Below, one piece after another: positions 50,088 through 61,553 of a stretch of DNA of 64,000 nucleotides; within the stretch, counting starts at the first letter, position 1; the number at the start of each line of letters is the position of its first letter. Under the pieces are notes generated by a model. That model saw nothing but the letters and a program-made list of their open reading frames with translations, did no database searches and had not been told where the DNA came from. The position numbers and the translations under genes are program-made. Source of the DNA: a virus (taxonomy: Duplodnaviria; Caudoviricetes); the IMG/VR virus record IMGVR_UViG_3300033233_001970. One strand, 5' to 3'.

Positions 50088-50842
50088 GTCATCAGACCGA
50101 TTCCGACGACACGTTCAGTTCTATCCGCGTGATGACGTTCGCGGATCGGGATGACTGCGCTCTCGTTTTTATTCGTCCAGACGGCGTCTATCCTCCTATC
50201 AAGTTCTCTCATCCGATCACGTTAAGTTCGATGCGGCTTGCCATGAAGGAGGCAGGAATCCCGCCTTACAAGATTCGTGTTGGCTCCATGGCTTATGTTG
50301 GCCGGATGACCTCTGCTATTCGTCGTATCGAACGGGAAGAGAGCGCTGAGCGCGCCCAGCGCCACAAAGAACATGAGGCGTCCCTTGCCGTCATTTTGAA
50401 GACTAGCGCATCGACGCTCGAACAAGAACGTGCGGCTCTAATCTTGGAAAAACATCAGGTCGACGACGAGCTCCGTCGAACCCAGGTACGGCTAAGCGAA
50501 GCGCGCGCAACCGCCTATACGTCAGGCCGTTACATGGATCCGTCGCATTATCGGCAACAGGAGCGTAAGGTCGTTCAGCTCAGAGAGCGTTCCCTCGCGA
50601 TTCAATCGGAGTTGGGTAAACTCCGAATCCGCATCAAAACGGAGAATAGGCAGCAAGAAGAAAAGCGAGAGGAAAAGCGTGGAGGAAAAGAATCCTTCTA
50701 CGCCGAATTCCATCAGATTGCTTATGAGGTGCTTCCGCGAGAACTGTTCCTCAAAATCGGGCGTCTTGCCGGAGAGCGTCTTGACGCAAAAGAAGAGGCG
50801 CAGGACGAAGAAACTGAACACAACGGTGCGGAGGAATCATGA
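50084..50842 (+). CDS. Coiled-coil hypothetical protein
   Basis: ATGA overlap; charged helical C-terminal half. Confidence 0.7.
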   Translation: MSHQTDSDDTFSSIRVMTFADRDDCALVFIRPDGVYPPIKFSHPITLSSMRLAMKEAGIPPYKIRVGSMAYVGRMTSAIRRIEREESAERAQRHKEHEASLAVILKTSASTLEQERAALILEKHQVDDELRRTQVRLSEARATAYTSGRYMDPSHYRQQERKVVQLRERSLAIQSELGKLRIRIKTENRQQEEKREEKRGGKESFYAEFHQIAYEVLPRELFLKIGRLAGERLDAKEEAQDEETEHNGAEES

Positions 50843-51087
50843 ATTTCAGGATCGCAATGCTTGCACTGGCTCTCGTCACCTGGACGTCGGCCGCAAGCGC
50901 AGGAACCGTGACGCTTCGCGACGGCTCAAGCCTCCTCACGAGCTCCGATGTGGCCGTGCTCTCATCGAGCGCCAAGGATTGGCCGTTCGATCTGCATATC
51001 ATCGTCGCGAACGTCCCGAACCGATCGGACTTCCTGACGGAAGCGGTGACGATCTCTGTCTCGCGCTGTGGGAAGCGGAGCGCCTGA
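50839..51087 (+). pseudogene. Apparently truncated secreted protein
   Basis: Signal peptide ending ASA; sequence loses coherence near 51040 where another frame becomes protein-like. Confidence 0.4.
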
Positions 51088-51794
51088 GGGATCGTCTTGA
51101 AATCGCGATTACACTACCAGAGCGATGGGGTTCAAAAAAAACGCCAACGGCGAATGGATGGGCTAAAGCACTGAGACGGAGCCGCTCGCACGGTACGCCG
51201 TTTTGCGATCGGATTGGCTTCGTCTTCTTCAGCTTCTCGGCGTCGCGTCCAAGTTTCCGTCGGGAAGCTCATTAGAGCTCGCCGAGGCGGAGCAGCGCAT
51301 TGCCTCGATTCGCGTTGACGAGCGTACCAAGACCGAGCGGGAGATCGCAGCGTATGCGAGAGCCAATTATTACGCGACTGGAACTGGTATCACGATTGCC
51401 GGCGAGATTGAATCTGGTGCATATCGTTCCAAATTCGAGACGTGTACAACGTGCGGCGGATCCGGATGCAGATTCAATGTTCGTTACGGTGACAAGAGAG
51501 ACGAGCAGTGGTGCGAACCATGCAAAGGCACCGGCCACCTGAAGACGGAGACCTCATGAGCCACGAACCGCCCGATCCGTTTCAAGAATTGCAACTCGAG
51601 ACTCTTCGCCAGCGTGACGAAGAGATCAAAAGACTTCGCGAAGTTCTCAAGGGTCTGTACGAACCGCTCGAGAACATTCGATACCATTATCCGTGTCCCG
51701 ATCCCGCCGACGGCGGCTGTATTCCGTCAGCCGCGTGCGCGTACGAACAAGCTAGGATTGCAATTCGCAGAATCGAGCGCGCTTTGGTGGCGAC

Positions 51795-53752
51795 GTGAGC
51801 GAGCGTTTCGGAATTTGGCTCATCATCAGCCATTGGGGTTCGGAAAATGGCGGCGATGATCTTGTCGGAACGCGCGAAGAGATGGAAGCCACTGCCAAAG
51901 AGTGGCGATCTCATCCGGCCTCTGGGTGGGCTTCGTATGAAGCCGAGCCATACGTCGAGGTGGAAAAACGTCAAGAGCAGCTTGCGTGGGAACGGCAACG
52001 AATGAAAGAGCTCGAGATCCAGGCGCGCCTCGCGTGCAAGTCGTACGAGGATGTCGGTGGTCTTGGCGACGAATTTAAGCACCGCATGCGCGTGATGAAC
52101 GAAACGCTTCAGAAGCTCACGGATCTTCGCGGAGGTAAGTGGTGACCACCACGTGCGCAGAGCACAAGTACACCGATCCTGGATCGTGTGTATTTTGCGA
52201 GCTGGAGTCAGCGTATGAAGCTGCGATTCGAGCTCGAGCTGAAATCGGCGACCTGAAAGCCGAGCTTCGTATGGCCCGCGAAGCGGCGTCGACCGAGCAC
52301 ATTCCGATTCTGGCAAAAATTGCGATGAAGATGACTTCCGCGCTCACGTGGTACGCGGACAAGGAAACGTACGAAGGGCACGCCGCTGGACACGAATGGG
52401 TTGCGCCCATCGAGAACGACAAAGGCGATCGAGCTAGAGGCGCACTCCAAGGCGTAGCAGTCGACGAAGCCGAATTACGTGAGCGCAACGAGCAATTTGC
52501 CAAGCTCACGAAAGAACGTGACGACGCCAACAAGCGCGCCGCCGAAATGCATCGTCGCGCGCAGGCCAACGATGGCGCCACAGAACGGTTGACTATACTT
52601 CAATCGAAGATTCCTGGGATTATCGAAAAAGAGCGGAAGGATGTTCGGGACAAGCACATCCAATGGACGCGACGAACGGTCGCACGGATCCGATCGTACG
52701 TAGAAGCATTGCGAGCGACGGGAGTCCCGACGCATGCGGAAGGACACGAAGGTGATCGTTTCTACACGGAAGGGCGAGAGCAAATTTTGCTGGCCAGGCT
52801 CGTTACACAACGTGACGAAGCGATTCGGTTGCGCGGTCCGATGTGCCCGGAGCCAGGATGCGGCTTGTCGTGTGCGTACTGCGACCGAAAACAGCTTCGC
52901 GAAGCCTTGGAGTGGATCGAGGCGAACGAGTCCGAAGGCAAGGCGCTCGTGAAACGGGCGTTCGCCGGGACCAAGGATTTGCCATGAGTTACGCCGCCGC
53001 CATGGAGTCACTCGAAACGGCGATGGCGCTGGTCGACTCGCTGACCAATCAGCTCCATTCCTGCATCTTGCGCGCGGAAGCGGCCGAGGCGCGGGTCGAG
53101 GCTGCGGAGACGTTGCTTGCTCGATACAAGGACGGACTCAGCGCGCTCGTAGCTCCGCTAGCCTCCATGTTCGATATAGTCGCGTCGGAAGCGTACGAAA
53201 CGGGCGTGGCTGACGGTTGTGCGGACGCCGGCAAGACTGCCGAAATCACGAAGCTGCGAACTGCGCTCGAATGGTACGCCGACGAGTCGAACTACCACGA
53301 GACGCTCGGAAACGACGCTCCGTGCGAGGTGCTTAGTCGCAATACGGTGGAAGAAACGCACATCGCCGATCGTGGCGATCGTGCCCGTAAGGCGCTTGGG
53401 CGATAGGGGCTTCGCGATGCCGTACGATCTGATGAAGCTCCAATTCAGTACGGTCTTGGCGAAACGAGAAATCGAATCGACGCGCAACCGGCTAAAACGG
53501 TTCGATCTCGACAAGGACAGAGACGAGCGTCGTGCGCAGCATACATGCCCACGGTGCTGGTACTTGCGCGGCGCCAGGATCGTAGGGCATGGGTACACGA
53601 GATGGACGTGTCGAAGTTGCGGCGTCGAAGACACGCACAGTAACACCGGCGTTCCCGAGCTCTGCGATTCGTGCTGCGAGAAATACGGCGCTTGCCGCGA
53701 ATGCAGCGGCGACGTCAACTGCAAGGCGCGCAAGAGGCTCGAGAAACGGTGA
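51795..53752 (+). CDS. Hypothetical genes: 51795-52145, 52139-52987, 52984-53406, 53417-53752
   Basis: Coupled ORFs; two share L.WYAD...Y...D.GDRAR.AL. Confidence 0.65.
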
Positions 53753-53780
53753 CCGTCACGCGCTCGGCAGATGATAAATC

Positions 53781-53809
53781 TTGACACAAGATGAACAAGT
53801 GCGGATACT
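53781..53809 (+). promoter_or_regulatory. Repeated phage promoter, copy 3
   Basis: TTGACA CAAGATGAACAAGTGCG GATACT, then 7 nt to ATG 53817. Confidence 0.75.
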
Positions 53810-53816
53810 GCCGTCG

Positions 53817-55314
53817 ATGAGCAAACTCGACGATCCTAAGCTCTCGTTTTGGTGCCTCGCATGCCCGACGCGCGTGCATGTGGAGGTGGAAGCGGCAAAA
53901 GGGCACGACACGGATGACATTAGTCTCCACGAGTGTCCCGTTTGCCACGACTCGATGTGGGATCTTCGATCGCTCATCAAGAGCGGGTTCGAGAGCGGGC
54001 CGAACGACGAGAACTACAAGGTTCCGCGAGGGACATCGGGAACAGACGCCGAAGCGCACAAAAAGCTTCTCGATTTCATTGTCAACGGAGAGGCGGAAAT
54101 CGAAAAAGCGCGAGCCGAGCGACAGCTCGAAGTGGCGCAGAAGAGACTCAGCGATCTGAAGAAACGAAAAATAGGATGACCGAAGAATCGTCTTGCGAAA
54201 ATTGCGGTCACGAAAAAGACGATCACCCGAACCGGTTCTGCTCGAACTACGAGCCGAGAGATCCGCGCGACGGCAAGCCGTGGCCACCGGAAGAAGACTG
54301 CAAGGGGTGCCCGAACCACAAGGATGGCCCACATAAGCTCGGTTGCCTGATCCATGGCAAAAATCAGCTCGTGATTCAGGCGAAAGGAAGGCCCGTGATG
54401 AGTTACAACCCGCTCACGGACGAAAAGAAGTTGTTCACACAAGTGGAATTCGTGAAAGAAGCCAAGGCTGCGCTCGATACATGGTTGGTCGATTTCACCA
54501 ACGAGTACCAAACGCAGTCGCACACATACGATGAGTGGTCGAAAGCCTTCGATCGTTACATGTCGTGGGAATTTATGGCTACAAAAGACGATGTCGAAGA
54601 CGAGCAGGCGGCGAAGGACTTCATGAACGAGATGGCGGCTCACCTGGCGCCAGATTACCGCGACGGAAAGGTGCCGAAACTCACCGCACTCTTTCACAAC
54701 GTCCGCGCTCGAGAGCGCCAAGCCATCGAAAAGCGCCTCACCGAAACGGTGAACTACTGCATGGAAGGCGTGAAGGAAATTGTCGGACGCGCGCAACTCG
54801 AATCCGAAGACGATGAGGAAATCCTGATCGATCGAACGCGCGCCATGACGCAAGCCATCAGCGCGCGTAACATCGTTCGAAATATCATCGAAGAGCGTAA
54901 TGGTTCGCTCGATGGGTTTACACCGGTCAAATGGATTCCCGGTGTCGGATTCGTTTACGATGAGAAGGCGGAGCCGTGAACACCGAAAAATTCCGAGATC
55001 CTGCTGCCGCAGACACGAACACCGAATCGTTGCCAAATCTAGGCGAACGGGCGGCCGAGCTCGCTCAACGGATCAGTGACGGTCGTTTGCCGTTGGATCA
55101 AATCCGAGATTACGTGCACGGTATGCTCCTGGCGGCGTATATGGATGGCCAGATTTTCGACGCCGCATTGAGGCGAGCAGCCGCCGCCAACGACATCGCA
55201 TCGTGGGTCGAGGAACGCGGTCTCAACCCGGACAGCATCGCCGACGTCCGCTACGACATCGATTTCTTCAAAAGGGAGTACCTTGCCAGAGAAATTCGGA
55301 GACGTTGGCCGTGA
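53817..55314 (+). CDS. Hypothetical genes: 53817-54179, 54176-54979, 54976-55314
   Basis: Coupled ORFs with CxxC motifs. Confidence 0.65.
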
Positions 55315-55814
55315 AACTGAATGGCAGCCTGGACAGCCTAAACAAGCTGTATGTCTTCGCCAGAGATCTTGGTCTTCAGGTTGCCTTCGGCTCGGAGAAT
55401 TCTAGGACAACCAGAATTAGCAGGCGCTACGTCAGGCACGAGATTCAGATCGAACTTCGGCCGAAAGATCTGTTTCACATGTCCGGATCAGATCTCCAGG
55501 ACAGTATCGGAAGGAATTTGGCTCACGAGCTCGGTCACTACATCGTCGCTCCTAAAGGCAGACGACACCGGAAGGACTACGGCATTCCGGGAACGAGTAC
55601 GAAGAGGTGGGCGATAGATGAGGGAAAAGCGATCCTCATCGAGAATTACCTGCTCAAGCGATTTGGGTTCGGTTGCCGAATGAGGCTCCTGAAATATCCT
55701 GTTCGATCCAACAGGCATCGATCTGTTCGAGAACATCATCGAGAAATCGAGAAATGGTGGCGAGAAGATGGCGAGCGCAAAATCAAATCAGTGCTGATGA
55801 ATGGACTAGAATGA
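55311..55814 (+). CDS. HExxH metallopeptidase-like protein (ImmA/IrrE-like)
   Basis: LAHELGHYI with downstream DE.KA. Confidence 0.55.
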   Translation: MKLNGSLDSLNKLYVFARDLGLQVAFGSENSRTTRISRRYVRHEIQIELRPKDLFHMSGSDLQDSIGRNLAHELGHYIVAPKGRRHRKDYGIPGTSTKRWAIDEGKAILIENYLLKRFGFGCRMRLLKYPVRSNRHRSVREHHREIEKWWREDGERKIKSVLMNGLE

Positions 55815-56526
55815 AAACATCTCTTCGCCAAAAAATCTCGAAGGCGCTCAAGTCCTCCTCCGTACAAAACTTGACGGGCGTAAAAAGCGCGCACGGTTTT
55901 GCCCGTGATCTCGATGCCAGGCTCCGCGCGGGCGATTTCGAACGCAACGTCACGTTCGTGCACCGAGACGGCAGCATTTGCTCTTTCGAGAATGCCTTCG
56001 CGTTTCGGTGGAAGCAATACACGATGATCTTCACTGAGCATCATCGATTCCATGTTCACCCGACCGAGGATCTTCTTTATGTGCGAGTGAATGGACCTCG
56101 CGAGCCGATCGAAAAATTGTGATGCAGACAAAGATCGATCATCCGCATCCGCATTCGCTTTCGGATCGGTGCTCGACGTATGTGGAACACGTCGATCGTG
56201 AATACGAAGATGTGTACGACGTCCCATGCAATCACCTGCGAGGCGATCACGACCGGAACGGTCGTTACTGCGAATGTCGGAAATACAAATGCGCGATGTG
56301 TAAGGCGGATAGGTGACAGCCTACGTCGTTCTATTGGATGCGAACTGGCGAAACAAAGAGGAACTGCGCATCACGCTCGACGGAGATCAATTCACACAAT
56401 TCGAACGCGAGGCGATTCGGCAATGGCAAGAAAAACATGCGACACGCGAACAGCCACGCATGTTCGGGATGTTCTTCGATTACACATGATCCGGCAAACC
56501 GCACGCCGGCATAGCTCTAGGAGATT

Positions 56527-57171
56527 GTGATGCCGAACTGGTGCACCTGTAAGCTCACGATTCTTGGCCCCGCCGCCGACGTCGCCGCGCTCGTCGAGAA
56601 GGCGCGTGGCGGAACACAGCACTACGCCATGTCGAGATTCGATCTGGTAGACGTGAAGCGTGAGCGTGAGCGCTGCGAGGCCAAAGGCAAGCCGTACGTT
56701 CCATACCACGAGAAGGTGATCGATTTTTCGTTCCATCGGCTCGTTCCCATTCCCGACAAGATCATGAAGCAGGAATACGATCCTGCCGGCTACGACGCCG
56801 AGGCAAAACTATGGGGCGTCAAATGGGGTGCAAGCGAAACGAAGCTCGTTTGGCACAAGGGCGAGCGAGCCGACTACATGTTCAACACGCCGTGGGCCCC
56901 ACCGGGAACATTCTTGGAGACGCTCTCCAAGAAGATGCCGCGCTTGACGTTTGCGCTGTCGTTCGGTGAGGAGTACCCGACGCGCGGACGATTGCTCGTC
57001 AGGAAAGGCAAATTTGTCGAGAAAATCGTACAGCGACCGGAAGGAAAAAACGACTACCACAAAGATCCGAAGTACAAGCTCATCGAGAAGAACGAAGACA
57101 AGGCGTACGCGTTCTCCGAGAAGTGGCGGAACAAATTTCTCGAAGAGCACGAGGCGTGGGTAAGGCGCTGA
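56527..57171 (+). CDS. DUF1281/YubB-like ferredoxin-fold protein
   Basis: MPNWC...L.I.G, FSF..LVPIP, WGVKWGA, FNTPWAPP. Confidence 0.75.
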   Translation: MMPNWCTCKLTILGPAADVAALVEKARGGTQHYAMSRFDLVDVKRERERCEAKGKPYVPYHEKVIDFSFHRLVPIPDKIMKQEYDPAGYDAEAKLWGVKWGASETKLVWHKGERADYMFNTPWAPPGTFLETLSKKMPRLTFALSFGEEYPTRGRLLVRKGKFVEKIVQRPEGKNDYHKDPKYKLIEKNEDKAYAFSEKWRNKFLEEHEAWVRR

Positions 57172-57721
57172 AGACATGATCAAGCGAACCACCGATTTTG
57201 GACGTGATCTCAAGAAATGGCTTTGGGACTACGTGAAGTTCGCGAACAAGTACGGTACCCACGACTTCGATGAAGAAAGCTACGACCACGACGAGATCAT
57301 GCAATCGCTGAAGACCATCACGTCGACCGTGAAAAGACTCGAGTCCGCGAAGAAGAGGATGGAGAAGCGGAGATCCAAATGAAAAAAGAAATCGTAGGAA
57401 AACGCGAAGTGAACATCTTGATCGAGTTCCTGCACCTGGGAACCGGAAAGATCGTCCGCGATGAGCCGTTCCCGCCTCCGAACGAAGCGCGCCGATTTGC
57501 GCGTCACGCTGACAAAGTTCGGCGCAGGCTGAAGAAGACCAGGAACCCGCATCGCGGACGAAAGTGAGCCGCCACCCGCGAGCGCTCGAGTTTCTTCTCG
57601 TCGCAGCGAGAACAAATCCGACGCGAGAAACTATGGCCCTTGTCGCGCAGTTGGTGGGATGTCCTCCGTGCCCGACGTGCGACTACGCGCTCCCGAATTG
57701 CCGATGTCGCGAGAAAGAAAA

Positions 57722-58096
57722 ATGAAACGATTTCTCCTGTTGTTTTTGTTCGTCGCTGGCTGCGCCGGTACGAGCCGCAGTTGCTCATCATGCAACGCGG
57801 AGAGCTTCGGCGCGAACTGGGTTGTCGTGCAGTACCGGTTCGACGGTATCCCGATCAACTGCTGGAAGATTTCCGATAGCTCTATCACGAACGAACCGCA
57901 TTCCGATGGGATCTATTGGGAAGATCACGGTCAGCTCGTTCATATTTCAGGCTGGTACAACCGTGTGCAGGTCATGGGCAATGATTACGAGCGCGCCGCG
58001 AAATCGATTGGCGTCGAGATTTCTAGATGCTCAAACGGCGCGTATGCAGCGCCGACACCGGCTCCATCGGCTTCATCCTCCGGAGGAGCGAAATGA
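57722..58096 (+). CDS. Lipoprotein
   Basis: MKRFLLLFLFVAGC. Confidence 0.75.
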   Translation: MKRFLLLFLFVAGCAGTSRSCSSCNAESFGANWVVVQYRFDGIPINCWKISDSSITNEPHSDGIYWEDHGQLVHISGWYNRVQVMGNDYERAAKSIGVEISRCSNGAYAAPTPAPSASSSGGAK

Positions 58097-60941
58097 ATCA
58101 GACGAAACCCGAAACGTGTGAGTGGTGCCACGTCTCCGAATACCTCGCATTGTCCGAAGGTCCGGGTCGTGTAGTAGGCGCCGTCGCGCGCAGCATCATG
58201 GGTGTCTACGTGCCGCTCCCGGACGACTTCAAATTCTGGTGGTGCACCAAATGCAATCATCGGTGCATGACCGACGAGCTCAAAGAAGCTTTTCTTGCGG
58301 TGGAGAAAGCTTCGTTCGTGGAAAGGAAAGGCGCATGAACAACGACTACAGAGAAAACGCGGCCCCGCCTGTCGACGAGACCGAGATCGCGAAAGAGAAG
58401 CTGCGTCAAGCGGGCGAAACCAAGCGCAAGCTTATCGAGGAACGCGAGGAGACAAAGCGACACTCGATGACCGATAACGGCAATTACGCGCACAATTTCA
58501 CGCGCCTCTTCGCCACGATCGTCATGCTCGCTGCAATCGGCGGCGGAACGTGCGTCGGCGTACAGGCATTCGAAGTGAAAAAGATTCAAGTGACCCCGGT
58601 CCCTGACGGCCTATGTCGCGACGAGCTGCTCGCGTTCGGCGCGACGGGCATCGCGATGCGCTGCAATCACCCTGCGCAAGTCGCTGAGCCTCGTGGAGAC
58701 AACCGTCTCTTCTGCAAATGCTCTACGGCACCAATGCCGAGCGCGTCGGCGCCATGACGAAAGCTGTACGCGAAAAGCTCCGCGCAGAGATGGAAGTTGC
58801 TGTTGCGCGAACCGATCGCATCGAGTGGTTCGATTGGTTTGTAAGCCCCGCAGCTATGCTAGCGGGGCCGTGTCTGATCGGGTTACCGACATTCGTTCGC
58901 GTGACGCCGCTTGCAATACTTCTCGTATGGTTCGGTATCCGTATCTGGGTTCGCCGTGCTGAGCATGCAGCTACGTCGGCATGGTGGGATGAAATTCTGG
59001 ACACCGCAGGAGTCAAACCATGATCGAACAAGACCCGGAAATCGTACCCGCCTACGCCGTGAGCGAGATGCAGAAGTGGGGCTGCCCATCCTGTGGATTT
59101 CGATCTGGCACGACGCCTATGAGCCAAGGTGGAGCCGCTCACTGGCGTTGCGGAGACGCCGACTGTGGCAAAGGTTGTGTCATCCTCAACGACGATCTCG
59201 AACGTATCCCGGACTCGTGGCTCTCGGTTCAAGGCGTACGGACCAAGCACCCGCGCGAGGGCACTCCGGCGCGAGGACGGCCCGATAAGCGTCCCGAGGA
59301 AGGCGGAGACTACTTTCGTCCGCGCCAGATCGGGAAAGACATGGTTCCGTCATGCTTCGTCTGTGGTGCTGATCGGAAAGATACGTATTCGCACAACGTC
59401 GCGGCGTTCGTGCAATGCAAAGAAGCCGGAGAACGGCTTGTCGAGCTTTTCAAAGGTCGAGCGAGACTCGATTACCGCGACTTCGAACCTGATCGCATTC
59501 AATTGAAAATCGGTACCTGCCAGGATCACCTTCCAGAGCTCGAGGAGCTCCAACGCCGTACGTACGTTCTTGGACGCCTCGACGCGAAACATTTGGCGGA
59601 AGTGATCCGTGGAGAGAAGTGCAAAATTCGATACCGCGTGAGTCGTCGCCCGTCCGGTGAGTACGAACAGGCGTTCGAAGAGATTTTCACGACGACCGAC
59701 GACGACGAGATGAACAAATTCATGAAGGACTGGAGCTACGACAAGTTCCAACCGAAAATCGATTCCGCGCTGGTGGAGCCATGAAAAAGACCGAGAACCT
59801 GAAGATGAAGCTCGTGATCAAGCGGAAGACTTGGTTGCGTGGCGCGACCGGCGGTTCTGGCTCTAGTTGTCTTCTCGATGACAAAGGACGAATGTGTTGT
59901 CTCGGTTTTTTCGGTCGAGCTCGCGGGCTAAGGCCGAAAGAAATCAGGAATGTCGGAACACCTTCCGGAGTCTGCGAATACGACGACAAAGCCGTAGTTA
60001 AAATTTTCGGACCACTCGTCGTGTTGCAAGAGTACAAAGAAAGCGAAGGTTACGTCGAAGACAGCGATCTTGCCGATCATCTCATGACCGCGAACGACGA
60101 CGAAGATATCAGCGACAAAAGTCGCGAAACGAAGATCAAGAAACTGTTCGCCAAGATTGGCGTGAAAGTGACGTTCGTCGAATGAGCGCGTGCCTTCACC
60201 CTCGCCCGAGCGTTTGTCCGGATTGCGGCGTCCCGACCGTGAGCCTCGGCATCTCGCGCGAATCGCTCGTGTACTTGCTTACCCTTGCGGGCCAGTCCCT
60301 CGTCGGCGATCCGGTCGTGCGAAGAGAGGCTGTTGCGGAGGGATGGGATGCCGTGAAACGGATCGACGCTGCGAAAGAAGGAAGTTCGGAGATATTGACA
60401 TGAACGCTCCCTACCGAACGCCTGCGGAGCTAGCGTGCTCGTGCGCTGATTTGGTACCGAATCCGTGCTGGTCATGCAGTCCGTGGATTGGGCACAAGGG
60501 GCCATGCCCGACACCAGAAAATCACCGTTGTGTTCGACATGGCACGAGCGCGTGCAACAATTGCGGACGGATCGTCGATCACGGGAACGTCTCGTCAGAT
60601 GGCGTGTGCGAACACACCGACGCGGATATCTACGCGCGATCGAAGCGTTCGCTTGTTGTTCTCATTGTTGGTATTTGTAGTATTGCGCTCGCCACGCTCG
60701 CGCTGGTGACTGTGTGGCGATGACCAGTTTCCGAAACCCGGAGTGTGCGATGAGCTTCTATCGCGAAGCCATGCCCGACTACGTGGCGCGATGGCCGATG
60801 CAGTACGCGCACCGAGAGCGCAAGAAGGAGAAGGGGCTTTGTATCAACTGTTCGGAGCCGGTGGCCGGCGGGACGAGACGCTGCGCGAAGCATCGCGCGA
60901 TGCACAACAAGGCCGCACGCGCACGGAATGCGAAGCGATGA
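58093..60941 (+). CDS. Small genes: 58093-58338, 58335-58757 (TM), 58754-59023 (TM), 59020-59784 (Zn fingers), 59781-60185, 60182-60403, 60400-60723, 60720-60941
   Basis: Chain of ATGA-coupled ORFs. Confidence 0.65.
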
Positions 60942-61279
60942 ACACCAGTTCGTGTGTAGTGGTGTCGTTTCGCACGCGAAGTGAACGCCAGTGAAAGAGC
61001 GTCGCTACGCCGAGGGGCTCTGCCAGCAATGCGGCTCGCCCGACATCTCGCCACGGTCGGCCACCGGAGTGCGCTGCACGCCGTGCCTTGACCGCTCGAT
61101 CGAGTTGAAGAAGGCGCGCCGTCAGCGTCTCGGGAAGATCGCCTATAGCTCGGCGCGCGAGAGGGCGTGGCGTGACGCCGGTCTCTGCATCAAGTGCGGC
61201 GCGCCGCCCTGCCAAGAGTCGACGGTGTACTGCGCCGCGCACCGAGAGATGGCGAACCGCGCCCATCATTCGGAAACTT

Positions 61280-61519
61280 CGTGGCCGACATGGGGGGTGT
61301 TGCCGACGCTCGAACACGAGATCGACCGCATCGATCCGAACGGCGACTACACGCCAGTCGAGCAACAAGCGCACGAATCGTTACCTGACGATCGAAGGGG
61401 AGAAGCTCACGATCGCGCAGTGGGCTCGCCGCGTCGGCATCTCCAGCACTACGATTCACGGACGACTGAAGAAGGGCGACTCGCCCGAGCGAGCGATCAG
61501 GAGGGCAGGAGCGAAGTGA
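61280..61519 (+). pseudogene. Decayed HNH endonuclease remnant
   Basis: HEIDRIDPNGDYTP, then the expected NCRWAT segment is missing, then NKRTNRYLTIEGEKLTIAQWAR..GI in the +1 frame. Confidence 0.7.
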
Positions 61520-61553
61520 ATACCAGTTCAAACAGCCGGAAAGCGAGGACCAG

